DNA of 64,000 bases, taken from Octopus vulgaris. Its lineage: Eukaryota. The DNA lies in assembly GCA_951406725.2 (NCBI GenBank), contig OX597815.1, positions 38,068,001-38,132,000 on the forward strand. Direction: 5' to 3'. The notes below the pieces were generated by a model. It searched no databases, was not told where the DNA came from, and was given only the letters and a program-made list of their open reading frames with translations. Below are positions 41,324 to 54,364 of the stretch, piece after piece. The translations under genes were made by a program, and so were the position numbers. Each line of letters starts with the position of its first letter. Positions within the stretch are counted from its first letter, which is position 1.

Positions 41324-42329
41324 CTAAAATATCTTTAATCACGCACTCGTAGTTAGTAAGCAAATAAATAATTGTTACATTTTGATCAGTTACAAGATAA
41401 TTTTGTGTGATAATGTGCAAAGCCAATTAAATCTAGAAAATCTTCCAGATACTATCTGAGTGCTATCCAATGTAGTAACACAAGGTTAAACCTGATAAGA
41501 TTTCAGACTTCTTACACATACACAAGAAAGGCAAATACACCGAAAATTTGACGTCACTGTCAATGTTTCTTTTGTAAACATGAAATATGATACTTTAATG
41601 ATGAGTTTTGATTGGTCAAATAGTGCCTATTTTTATGTAATATAAAGGAGATACACACACATATAAAAATATGTACATATACGTATGTATGTATGTATGT
41701 ATGTATGTAGGCATGTATGTATGTATGTAGGCATGTATGTATGTATGTATGTAGGCATGTATGTATGTATGTAGGCATGTATGTATGTATGTATGTATGT
41801 ATGTATGTATGTATGTATGTATGTATGTATGTATGTATGAATGTAGGTAGGTAGGTTGTTAGGTAAGTAGGAAGGTAGGTAGGTATGCTTAATAATGTAT
41901 TTTGTGGTGCCATGCAAAGCAGAATGTAAACAAACAATGAAAAACTAATACATACTATTTATAACACCTTATAAATAACAGAAATGTAAGTAGACATTGC
42001 TGGCAAATGCACAGTCGATCCTTTCAAGGTCCAACAACAAAGTCTCTCCATCGAAATCATTCAGAAGAACATCGAAAGCTTAGAGAGAAGAAAAAAGGAG
42101 AGGGAGGGATAGACAAGACAGATTAATGGAGAGAGGTTCAAGAACTACAAGAACAACAATATCAAAGAAGTAATCGCACGGGTAGAATAAAAATATTCTT
42201 GGTTACCGCCGACTAAAATTTTGAGTGAGAATATATAATAATAATAATAATAATAATGAAATTGATGTATACGGAGCCCAAGTGTACTAAAACTAAATAA
42301 AAAAAGGGAACGGGGGGGGGGGGCTTTTG

Positions 42330-42995
42330 CTGTACTGTTGGTGAATTTCAAGAAGCATGGCAGTTTTGAAGTATGTAGTGTGTCGACAGCTAAAATCTGA
42401 TGCACGTAGTTTATTCCATGCTTGAGCGTGAAAAAATGTTTCCGAATGTCATGAGTACTATGTTGCTACTTTTGATTTTGTAAGCATGTCCACAAGTGTT
42501 GATATATGAAATTAAAAAAGGTACCCAAGGTTGCTGTTGGAACGATAGTGTTTAATCTTGTGGGTGTCTACCAAGTCAGTTGCCATTCGCCGGAGCTTTA
42601 ACGTGTTTATACCCAGAGAAGCAAAATGTTCAGAGTATAGCAGATACCTGATGGTGGGTCAACGTTTGGTGGCACGTTTCCGAACAGTTTCCAGGAGACT
42701 GATATACTGAGCAAGATTGGAGTTCAAGATTGGCGATGCAAACTGTTTGGACGTATCATAGTCACATACAGCTTTAAGTAGACAGGTGGAAAGGGGTTGA
42801 CAAAGGTCCTACTGAGTGATGCTAAAGCACTCTCAGCCTTTTAACAATCCTAGAGATGTGGCTTATCCATTGCAGACCGCTGTTTACAATAATACCCAGG
42901 TCACGTACACTAACAGATGTTCACTAATGGACTAAACAGAAAAGGTGAAAACCCGTTGACGGAAGAGTTGCTGAAGAGGTCACAGATGTGTGATT
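42330..42995 (-). mobile_element. Degenerate CR1-like LINE 3' end
   Basis: Minus strand KRATKR...YSEHFASLGINTLKLRRMATDLVDTHKI matches the CR1-type C-terminal pattern. Confidence 0.7.
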
Positions 42996-44123
42996 TAAGA
43001 TTTCCAGATAGTGGACATAAGACAAAATGAGAACAATAATAAACGTGTAAAGAACGAATATTTAGCGCATATGTTTATTTGGCATAATAAAAATAAGTGA
43101 CCACCCAAAAACATATCAATATATGTTTCAATACGCGATTTCGCCTCAGGAATCTTGCAAAACAAATTCATAAACGTATAGATATATTTATATATCAACT
43201 ATTTTTTCAATCCCTCATCAATATATTAGCTCTTTTTCCTCTCATAATTTACATTTTACCTCAACTTTCATATATTCCAAATCTGAAAACCTTTATTTAC
43301 CCTTCGTTGCAATATCGTTTCACTTCAAACATTTATTTAATTCACAACTGTATTCTTTAGAACCAGTTTGATAAAATATGTGAGAATGCTATCTTTCAAA
43401 GACACCAAATAATGAGACAGTGAAGAAAGTAAAATAATATGAAAGGAGTGTGGCATAGCTGGAGTTTCTATAACAGAACAATTTAGAAAGTATATATTAA
43501 ATAACTTCCTGCGGCGCAAAGTACGGGAGCGATTTCGAAGTTAACAAAAACGAAAAGATTTCATATTTCGATAAAAGCAAATGTAGGATTGGTCAGCTAA
43601 TGAATCATGTAAATATTCAGTTATCTGAAGCAGTTAACTTTGTAAACATGTGAGGCAATACAGAATTATGCTAAATTAGTAACACTCTAAAAATCTGAGG
43701 AGCATTATTAAATAACTGAAGTTTGATGTTTATGAATTGAATTGAAAATATATTATGAGCAAAAACAATAGTCTTCATTTCTGAAGAATAGTTAAAAATA
43801 GTTGATTTATATATACCTTAATGATATATATGAAGTGAGAATGGCTAATCATGTTAAGCATTGCGAGAATAAATGAAGTTAAAAAACAAAAGCATATTTG
43901 TGTACATTAAATGAACAATACCAAAATACATTCTAAATATGGAAACGCAATTATTGAATAAGGTAGTTTGTACTTATAAATGTTGGTTGTTTGAGAAGTA
44001 AAAAAATACAAAAAACCTTTGAAAAGACATAAATCACGTTGCTTTATTATAAAGATAAATTTGTATAAGCGAGAATATATTTTAAGAACGATGTATCCTA
44101 CGGTCCGATAAGATCCTTCTTAC

Positions 44124-44181
44124 CCAGCTTGATATATCTTCCTCTCGTTTCACTATAAAAATTTCTCGCCCGAGACAGTTA
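44124..44181 (-). CDS. Candidate host-gene exon B (58 nt, phase 2-0): NCLGREIFIVKREEDISSW
   Basis: Minus strand reads gcccttccctgcag|TAACTG...AAGCTGG|gtaaga. Only one frame is open, and it fits both neighbouring exons. Confidence 0.6.
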
Positions 44182-44656
44182 CTGCAGGGAAGGGCATTAT
44201 ATGTTTAAGAGGACACGAGTATATTAAATATAAATGTACAAAGCTTTAAATCAAATATCTGTGCTTAGTTTCCATGTAATTATATAACTGACGAAGATTT
44301 GCACACGCCAGCAAATTTATTATTCGGTGTTTCAATACAAGCACATTCCCTTAGTAATTTATGAAAGACAGTGTCCAGTGTCTCTCAATGATGAATGTTG
44401 ACGATGAAGAATCGCATGTCCTATAGTCTACTGACACCATTCATAACCCAGGTTGTATCTTACACGCATTGATTAGAAGATGTTTCTCTTTTTATCCTAG
44501 AGAATGACCGTATCAAAGGACATTCCACGTTTCACTACACTAATGTGTTAAATACAGACGTTTCTTTTTTAAATAAGCAACTTTGCAAGATATATGCGCA
44601 AATTGTCAAAACGTGTGCATGAGTACATTTATACACACACACACATACACACACAC

Positions 44657-44704
<48 letters not shown>

Positions 44705-44895
44705 GCGTGTGAGTTTGAGCGTGTGTGAGCACACGTGTGAGCGCACGTGTGAGCGTGTGTACATTGTGTGTATGTATGCATGTATATCAGTTATTTTCGC
44801 CATAAATTTTGAATACACACAGAATTTTATAAATACATATATACGCACATGCATGCACACAAACATATATGCATATACTCTTACACACAATCATG

Positions 44896-44954
<59 letters not shown>

Positions 44955-45068
44955 GGGTGGATGCTACAGTAGCTTATAGCCCTAGGAGGACCCCTCCTCC
45001 AGCTGACTATTGATACACTTTACGTGTCAGAATTTGCAAAGGGAAGCCATCTTCAATCTGACATGATA

Positions 45069-45113
45069 CACACGAACTCGAGTTTCTGGGTTTTGACCCG
45101 TCATCAGCGTGTG
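45069..45113 (-). ncRNA. Minimal type I hammerhead ribozyme motif
   Basis: Minus strand: CACACG-CUGAUGA-cGGG-ucaaaa-CCCa-GAAA-C-UCGA-G-UU-CGUGUG. 6-bp stem I, intact core, palindromic UCGA loop III, GUU cleavage triplet, C.A mismatch at the base of stem II. Confidence 0.8.
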
Positions 45114-45498
45114 ACAATCACCCATTGTCGATGAAAAGGAAGTTCATTTTGCTAATATATATATCCTTTTTTCCGGTGAGGAAATGTCACTGAAATCGAC
45201 AACGTGTAAACAAGCAATAATAAATCTCTTAGCGAGGTATAAACAGTAGCTGCACGACATCCTGAAGTATATTTGACACTTAAATGTGGCTAACCCTTAA
45301 GGGTGGATGATACTGTAGCATGTAGCCCCAGGAGGACACCTCCTCCAGCTGGCTATTGACACACTTTCTTTGCCCTAGCAGTAAACAAGCACTTCTGTGC
45401 TTGTTTACACTTTTTTGATATCAGTGACATTTCGTCACTGGAAAAAAGGATATATATTTGCAAAGGGAACCCACTTTTCATCGGCAATCGGTGATTGT

Positions 45499-45543
45499 CA
45501 CACACTGATGACGGGCCAATACCCAGAAGCTCGAGTCCGTGTG
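45499..45543 (+). ncRNA. Degenerate copy of the same hammerhead (GAAA to GAAG)
   Basis: cacaca-CTGATGA-cggg-ccaata-ccca-GAAG-C-TCGA-G-TC-cgtgtg. Confidence 0.65.
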
Positions 45544-45749
45544 TATCATGTCAGATTGAAGATGGAAAGGATGGATTCCCTTTGCAAATACTGATAGAGC
45601 TCAGAAAGTGTATCAATAGCCAGCTGGAGGAGGTGTCCTCCTGGGGCTACAAGCTACAGTAGAATCCACCTTTAAGAGTTAGTCACATTTAAGTGGCAAA
45701 TATACTTCACGATATCGTGCAGCTACTGTTTATACCTCGCTCAGAGATT

Positions 45750-45829
<80 letters not shown>

Positions 45830-47298
45830 GGATGTATATATGTATATATATATATAAAATAGATGTTTCACACAAAAGGAGAATTACAACTGTCACTGAA
45901 TGTGACTAGGGTGTTCGGAAACACCTACATTGAGAGAAATAAGTGCTAAGGCATTCTAATGCTGTAGTTAATGCACATGAATGAAAACATATACACTATC
46001 AGGGATCATAATTGTCCAAACACAGACTTATACACACAGTTACCCAAATACATTCACAAACACACAAGCACACACACACATACTCACACACGCGCGCGTA
46101 CATCGCATACACACACAAACAGACACACGACTACATGCATGCGGTGGAAAGATTACAACTCAGTAGAGCATTGGACACAAATCCTTGTGACGTTCAGTTG
46201 GTGGAACCCACCAATTTTGAAGCAACTATTAAAGGCGAGATATAACCCAAGCAGAAGCACATAGAATGGATGCAATCATAACATGAACACGGTAAGACAT
46301 TCTCTACAGAGCTGCGCAGTTCCTGGTTCAATTGTATTGTGGGCTACCTAGCTTAAGCATAAGCATTTCAACTATATTTGCATGTTAACAAAAGCAATGT
46401 GAGTCCAGTTGAATGGAGCTATACAGGATCCTGTTGTACATCTAGGTATCCATGTAACTCTGCTTTAATTGTTATACAAAATTGGTGTATTTTATGTAGG
46501 AGCGTAAATTAACGGTTCGATGACTGAGCATAGCGAACGGTATTGGAATCACTAGAAGGTTATCTATGATTGACTAAAACACAGTCAAATCTTCGTAACT
46601 GATCATATATGTCCTATGTATATATGTATGTATGCATGTGTATGTATGCACGTATGTATGCATGTATGTATGTATGTATTTACATATAGCCGTAGGGGCA
46701 TCTAACACTCGCATTATGTTTATGCGCGGCTGTTTCGCTTTTATCATACACTCATTCATATATGCACACCCACCACACACACATACACACACACATACAC
46801 ATACACACACACACACACGCACACAAATGTTTATGAAACCTGCTTAATGTAGATACCTCCACAGATATGGATTTGTAAGCCTAAGCTTTCAAATAACATT
46901 ATGGATGCTTCAGTTATTTTGAATTATGCAACTCTTTATATAAACATTATTGAATTTTCTTCGTGGTTGTCGAACGTACGTTATGCAAATGAAGGGAAAT
47001 GTTAATGTTATCATCTGATAAGTTACTGCTATATATAAGGATTAAAGGACTCTTCTCTGTGCGCCTACAGAACACTTCTACGTCTCTGAATAGATCCCGA
47101 AATAGATCAGTAAGAAGATTCTCAAATTATTTATGCCGTTTACTTCAGAGAATAATAACACCGAATTTTCATTTAAGGTATTCATTTAAATCTCTGTAGC
47201 AAGTATTCTGGCTTCATTTTCTATAAATTACAAGTATACATATATACAATCATATGTATGTATATATATATATATAATATAGATATAGTATATACCTT

Positions 47299-47393
<95 letters not shown>

Positions 47394-47692
47394 TATAGTA
47401 TATACCTTCATATATATATATATATATATATATATAACGTAGACAGATATACGCAATATAAAAACGGAAAAATTTAATCATCACTAATTGTAACCAAGGC
47501 TGCTGGATAATGTCTTGGTTACATCGCTAGAAATAAGAGTTAAACCCTTAGAACTGTAAGAAAGCATATTTTCATATACTGAGAGGGGAAATATCTGCCT
47601 AATAAGCGAAGTTAGAACACTGGACTAAACTAGTTTCGTCTGTAAAATTGCGGGATCGTCAGCAGAGGCTGCTGCTGCTGCTGCTGCTGCTG

Positions 47693-47762
<70 letters not shown>

Positions 47763-47771
47763 ACTCATATA

Positions 47772-48642
47772 CAGGGGGTAGTAAATAAACTGTCGTCTAA
47801 ATTACGTAAAAAGGAAAATAGCACTGACGTCTCCTTTTACCAGGTATATTTACCAAAATTACATTAAAATATCTGGAAATACTAAAGAGTTAATTTATTC
47901 AATAAAACGGCCATTGTCTTCAACCACAGCCTCCAGACGACTTTGGAATCTCCTGCAAATCTTTTAGACGGTCTGCTTGTTTATGTTGGTGAATGGTCCC
48001 ATAATCCTTACCGTCAGTTCATCTCTGGTGTTACAAGGAGATCTGTTGGTCTCTCGCTCAGCTGCACCCCCAAACATAATTAAGGGATTTGCAATCTGGG
48101 TAGTTAGGTGGCCAGATGTAAGGGGTGGTGCATTCACAGAAATTATCTGACAGCAATGAATGGGTTCTTTTGCTAGTGTAGCATGGCACACAGTCTTGTT
48201 GCGAGACATAAGGTCTTCCAGCAGTCTCTTGACCAAGAACAGCACTACCAGGCACTTGATGTAGACTTCCGTGTTGACTCTGAGGCCGTGTGGGAAGATG
48301 AATGGGGTTATAACGTCGCCATCACTAATGATTACTCCAAACACATTCACTAGATGATTGATTTTTATCACTCTCGGTAGATGTCCTCAGATTGCACTGT
48401 CCTAAAGTTGACACCCAAACAATCTGAAATGTTCGTATTGGAGCTAGTAGCATGAATACCAAGCAGTACAGCATGCCATTTCCCAATTTCTGTCAAAGTG
48501 AATTGCGCCATGGTGCAATTTTTCTCACAGACAGTTTCCAAGTGACCCTACTATACTATGTAGTCGACAAACTTAAAAACAAAGAAAGCGAATGCGCAAA
48601 ATGTTAAATATAAAATGGCGACAATTTACCAACCGCATCCTG
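47772..48642 (-). mobile_element. Second copy of the DD37D/maT-like deletion derivative
   Basis: Collinear with 2266-3136. ORF remnants VFGVIISDGDVITPFIFPHGLRVN, GRPYVSQQD and WPPNYPD...YVWG. Confidence 0.85.
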
Positions 48643-48747
48643 TGTATACTATATATCGTCTATGTTCGTTTACGGTAAATGTTTTTGTGCATGCACATAA
48701 AGCTTCTATGCTATTATTCGGGCTACCGCCTAGTAATTGACACTTAC

Positions 48748-48792
48748 AACAGCCATTTTATGAGATGGTACCGAACTATGCCGATATAACGT
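48748..48792 (-). CDS. Candidate host-gene exon A (45 nt, phase 2-2): xRYIGIVRYHLIKWL(F)
   Basis: Minus strand reads ...catttttcag|ACGTTAT...GGCTGTT|gtaagt. The frame is open and phase-compatible with the exon at 44124-44181. Confidence 0.55.
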
Positions 48793-48801
48793 CTGAAAAA
48801 T

Positions 48802-48872
<71 letters not shown>

Positions 48873-48902
48873 CCAAGGATGGAAATTCACAAAAATGTGC
48901 AT

Positions 48903-48959
<57 letters not shown>

Positions 48960-49079
48960 GGTTTCAAAGTGTGGTGCAAGAACAGAAATTTCGATAGAGG
49001 AGTAAGTCGATTACATCGGCTCCAGTACTAAACTACAAATACATTTACCGACCCAGAAAGAATGAAAAGCAATGTCAAA

Positions 49080-49310
49080 TTTCTTTCCTTTCCTTAGCGT
49101 CCAGTAACAGTATACTTATTCCACGTCTATATATATGTATATTTGTGTGTGTGTGTGTGTGTGTGTGTTTGTGTTTGTAGTTAATCGAAACATGAACATA
49201 GAGAAAGCACAACAACGCGAGGACGTGGAATAAGTATAGTGTTATTGGGCACTCAGGAAAGGAAAGAAAGAAGGATTTCACGTTTCCAGCGGAGCTCTTC
49301 GACAGAAATA
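49080..49310 (-). mobile_element. Penelope pLTR-like fragment with an inverted partial copy and a degenerate hammerhead
   Basis: 49081-49127 is the reverse complement of about 49222-49270. Minus strand reads CTGTCGA-a-GAGC-tcc-GCTG-GAAAC-GT at about 49279-49305. Confidence 0.55.
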
Positions 49311-49322
49311 TCTATCTATCTA

Positions 49323-49597
<275 letters not shown>

Positions 49598-49631
49598 AAT
49601 ATAATATGTGACAAATTACTCGGTTGCCATA

Positions 49632-49690
49632 ATAAGACTCCGATTTTCGGATATCGGGACGGTAAATTGCTCCGATATCTCGTCAGTTAT
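49632..49690 (-). ncRNA. Type I hammerhead motif, fourth family, slightly degenerate
   Basis: Minus strand: ATAA-CTGACGA-GATATCGG-14 nt-CCGATATC-c-GAAA-a-TCGGA-G-TC-TTAT. 8-bp stem II; the stem III C is replaced by A. Confidence 0.65.
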
Positions 49691-52117
49691 CGAAGCAATC
49701 AAAAAATGCTATGGAAATGACCATTAGATAAGGATAAAAAACCGAAGTGGAGAAAGTGAAAAAGGAAATAAAAATGCTCATAGGAATCGCATAAGCGTGC
49801 ATGTACATTCATACACATGCGCGCACGCACACCCACGTACATGTGCCTATATTCATATGCTCACTCACACTCGCGTGAAACAAATGCATGTGCATGTACA
49901 CACATATCAATTCGAATAAATGTAAAAGAAATACAACTATAAAAAGGACTCAGTACACAATAGTATGGTCTGTACTGCCATACATTTATAGCTTGAAACT
50001 TATCAGATGTTTTAATGCATTTGACCTTTGAAAACATACTGATGGATTGAAACAGCTGAATTAAATTCAATATATTTAATTTAAAGTTAATAAATGTTAT
50101 TCGTTCTTGAAGTAAGGACAATGTAGAAACAGCATTCCAATAATTTTTCTTCTTAAAAACCGGCCTATACCCATCTTTTTATCTCGAATATCAGAGAACA
50201 GGTTTCGAGGTTAGAAAATGTTATTGCTGACTGTGACAAGTATTTTGAAGGAATAGATATATTTAAGATGATCTAAATACGATATGTTTTATGCTGAGTT
50301 GATCTCATTATATATCTAACGCTACTTTTCGGTACCCTAATTCATATATATGAGGGGGTGTGTCTATGTGCGTGCGTGCGTGTGTGTGTGTAAAGGTGAC
50401 ATCCGTGGATCCATGTGCAGGAAGTTAGTAACTTGGAGCAGTCTATAGAATATATAAAAGTGGTTTATTGACGTAGAAGGTTGGAAAGTTTTACCATATC
50501 GAAGTTTGATAAGCTGAGAAAGGTTATTTTCTAGTTCACGGTTAGCAGCTGGGGTTGCAGTCTATGCTAATTAAAATCCAAATTTAGGGAATGGAGTAGT
50601 TAAAATCCAGGCTACATATGATTCTTAGCTGACAGAACTTCGGAAGTAGTAATTACTCAACTGGGATACTCCGTTCGCTACTCATCAAGCCGAAGATACG
50701 TTAGTAAAATGAAGGCTACCTTGTCGTCAAGCGATCCCATGTTAAATTTCAGGGAATTTGGTCAAAAATACGTGGAAATCACAGAGTGAGAGAACAAAAA
50801 GGAAAGCTTATGCATAAAGAAATAATATATGGGAGTGGGCAAATGTCTAAAGTTAAGAAAAAGAATAAGAATAAGAATAAAGAAAAGGAGTGCGGGAGAG
50901 TAGGGAGGAAAATCTTGGTAATATTCAAGCTGGCTTTGGGAATGTCTTTGTGAATTTAGTCTGGGGTTATTTACTATTTTTGCTTTCAAATAAATGCATA
51001 AATATATTGTGATATCCTGTAAATACATTTAAACAGAGTCAGAGAAAAATAAAGGGGTAGATGTCAGGAGGAGGAGGAGGAGAGAAAGAGGAAATATAGG
51101 AATAGTAGCAAATAAGAATTTCTTAGAAGAGGAGAGGGAGAAGGGAAGAGAGGTGGGATATAATGTTTTTTGGTCGAAAGGGAAGCATAGTAGGTCTAGG
51201 TAGTTTGGTACTTTATCATTAAATAGTAAGAATGTATAAGTGGATATTAGCACGCATGCGCAAATTTTTTCTGTGCACCTGTAGTATCTTGAACGTATGC
51301 ATGCACGCGTGGGCGCCCGTATATGCTCATGTGCTGAAGGATGGTGTAGGGAGATCACACGGTTAGGAAAATATATATAAATTGTTTTGAAAAATTAAAA
51401 ATATAAAAACGTATTTAAAAAATATAAGTAGTTAAAAAGTTGTTTGTTAGAAATACATAGAAGAGTTGCAAGTCGGGGCAGAGGGAATAACAGGGGTAGC
51501 GAATTCATATGTATAATATATTTATGTGTGTGTGTGTGTATGTGTGTGTGTGTGTGCGTGCGTGTGTGTATGTATGTATGTATTTGACATATACCGGATC
51601 TCGAGCAACATTTCTTCCGGAAGACCGTCTTCACTTTGTCATTACTGTGCAAAGGAAGATGATAGATTTAAAGTCGAAATCCTATTTTTATTGTCTTAGA
51701 TTAATCTTCTGAGTATTTCTATTTAAATCTTAGTCATTAATCTATACTTTATAATTATTCATATTCCCTTCATAAATATTGAATCAAAGATAGAATTTGG
51801 TATGTTAGAATATTTAACTGTTTGCAGCTAATTAAACTAAGATTTATCTCTGAAATAATGGAGAGTTTATCGAGATTCAATTGTTACATTAAAGCAGAAA
51901 AATATTCACACGTATGTACACATGTATATGTAAGTGAACCTCTCTGTGTGCGCGTGCGTGTGTGTGTATGTTTCTGTGTGTGTGTGTGTGTGCGCGTGCT
52001 TGTGTAAGTACACGTGTACACACACTGACATAAGATAATTGATAAATGGCAGACCAACAAATAGTATGTAATTACATTTTATATCATATATGCATTGGAA
52101 GGCAGAATTATTATAGA

Positions 52118-52488
52118 CTAGCAGTATCACCCGGCGTTGCTTGGGTTTGTAAGGGAAATAACTATAAAGCATTTTTAGAGAGTTATAGCCAAAAAATGGA
52201 AAAAAATGATGGTAAATTTTTTTTTTAGTCAAAAAGGTCGATTCGCTTCCCCTAGACAGTCTGTGGTTTGTGTTTCTGATTCTCGACCCCATGTCGAATT
52301 TATCGATTTTTTTCAGAAGTGGGGGAACTTTTCAAAATTTTCGCTGCGTTAGTTTTGAATTATGACATTGGGCTATGTATGTGTCAAGTTTCATCAGAGT
52401 CGGTTCAAAGCCGTGGTCAGGGTGAGGGTACAACCTAACAGACACACAGAAACACACACAGACAAACTGCCGTTTATATATAGAGAGA
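52118..52488 (-). mobile_element. Non-autonomous Helitron-like element, family H2
   Basis: Minus strand TCtctctatatataaacggc..., a tgtc/tgtg tract, hairpin cccaagcaacgccggg and a 3' CTAG|t. Confidence 0.75.
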
Positions 52489-52536
52489 TTAGGCACATAC
52501 ATAGATACACCCATACATAGACACACTTACATGTAA

Positions 52537-52621
<85 letters not shown>

Positions 52622-52849
52622 CATATATATATATATGCTTATATGAATGTGTACATACACACTCTTTTAAAACAATCTCTGACAGTTAGTGTTTGTCAAA
52701 GAAAGAATTTATTACAAGTACCACTATAGATAAGTAACTTATATTTGACAGTATCACTAATACTAGAAGCTAGAAAACCAATACTCCATGGAAATATATA
52801 TTGAAGCAAAGCCATTCAATAGAAGACAATAGAAAGAACTGTTTTCTAC

Positions 52850-53720
52850 TGAATTGTCACCCCAAAGACATCTTGTCTCATTTCCTTTCCGGCCCTAAAA
52901 GTAGCCTGATTAGCTCCTGACATCAATAATCACAACCTAAACATCATCTTTTTGATATCAGAATGGCTACTGTTAACAAATGGTTCTGCAATCTAGAGAA
53001 TAAATCAGCATGAGGTTATATCCGTTTTGATATCGTGGATTTCTATTATCCATTCATGAGATATTCTCTCCCCAAAACCCAAGGTTTTGGCAGGCAATAC
53101 ACATAGGTAAGTGACAACGGCGCTAGATCAGTGATAAGAACTAAGCCAGTTATGCTTACATTGTAGAAATTCCCCTCTTGGGGTATTTATACTGGGCATA
53201 CTCATGAGAAGGCACTTCCCTAACAGATTGCGCTAGTACGCGACGTCTTGACAATTTCAGTAAAATGAACATACAGGTGTTGAAGGGATTTAGAGATTTA
53301 GTTCTTGAAAAGGAACCTCAAAATGTTTGGCTTAACTGAATATATCACCAAATAATCTATCCATTACTGCTGTACACTTGAAAATACAACAACTGTTCAA
53401 ATAGAAAGTGAGGGAACTGTGAATACTCATTGCATTTCCAACAATTTCCACTTATAATCGGTAATTGTATTGCTGGTATTACTTGAAAGATCTCTAATCT
53501 ATGCTCAAACAGAAAATATCTTCAACAGAGAAGAACAACACTATAACTAAGCTTTAACGAAAAGCAGCTTATTGAACAGTTTGGTGTAAACATGGAATAT
53601 TCTGCACTTCTTAGAAGTCTGCTGATACGTAACCTGGAACCGCCTACGTTTACTTAGGGAAACCTTTCTAATACTTGAAAGCTTTTGAATGAATTCGTTA
53701 AGATAAGATTTTCTTGCTTA
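52850..53720 (+). mobile_element. Highly degenerate Penelope-type RT remnant
   Basis: FDIVDFY at about 53026-53046 resembles the Penelope FDIVxFYPSI motif; weak YRDD-like remnant downstream. Confidence 0.4.
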
Positions 53721-53829
53721 GATGTAATCCCTTCTGATATCGAGTCTTATTTACAGGAATAAATTTACATCAACAACCAACATAGGTTACATCCCAGGTA
53801 CACACCTAAATTTGAATGTATTCACACCT

Positions 53830-54270
53830 TTAAGAAGAAGGAATACTGGTGTAATATTCCAATAAAAACTGAAGGTGAAAACGACGAACGTGATATTGTT
53901 CTGTGGGGCAGGGAACGAGAGTCATGCACTATTGTGGAGTTCTTCAGGCCAGCGGATTTTAATGTACCATCAGAAGTTCTGGAAACAGAGAACATAGTAA
54001 ATCGGTGCATAACTTACAGCTCTTGTAGCCTGACTATAAAGTTTCTTTTGTACCTAACATCATGAGTGTATTTGGTTATGTACCTAGAAATTTACACATA
54101 AAATAGAAGTGTTAGGGTTTTTCGAAGAAAGCGCAAAAGAAACTGATGCACATTCTCCAAATTCAGTTTTTGTGCAGCATATTGCAAAAATCCTCTTTGT
54201 AGGATCCTTTTTATAAAATGATGCACACATTTGGTTGTGTGCATTATATTCAAACAACTCAACAACATTT
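53830..54270 (+). mobile_element. Degenerate RLE-type LINE 3' end
   Basis: KKEYWCNIPIKT, RDIVLWGRERESCTIVEF, PADFNV. Confidence 0.6.
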
Positions 54271-54364
54271 TTACAAACATCGATTTGCTCGACTAAAGGC
54301 GATGGTCCAGCATGGCTACAGACAAATGACTGAAGCGTAAAAGAATAAAAGAATATATATTTAT

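Larger units (their letters stand above)
44955..45753. mobile_element. Hammerhead-bearing non-autonomous unit (346-bp period; layout A-B-C-A then inverted B'-A'-C'), retrozyme / Penelope pLTR-like
   Basis: gggtggatg... recurs at 44955 and 45301. 45397-45753 is the reverse complement of a circular permutation of the unit. (TA)n on both sides; no meaningful ORF. Confidence 0.85.

Noticed and set aside
44288-44320. CTGACGA followed by a stem (also CTGACGA at 9395)
   Set aside because: No GAAA box or stem I partner follows.
51595-51644. Minus-strand exon candidate with a good acceptor (could supply ATG: MLLEIR, phase 2)
   Set aside because: Weak donor (gtatat), and the compatible frame starts with stop codons. 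It cannot be ranked against the 56926-57079 alternative without RNA data.
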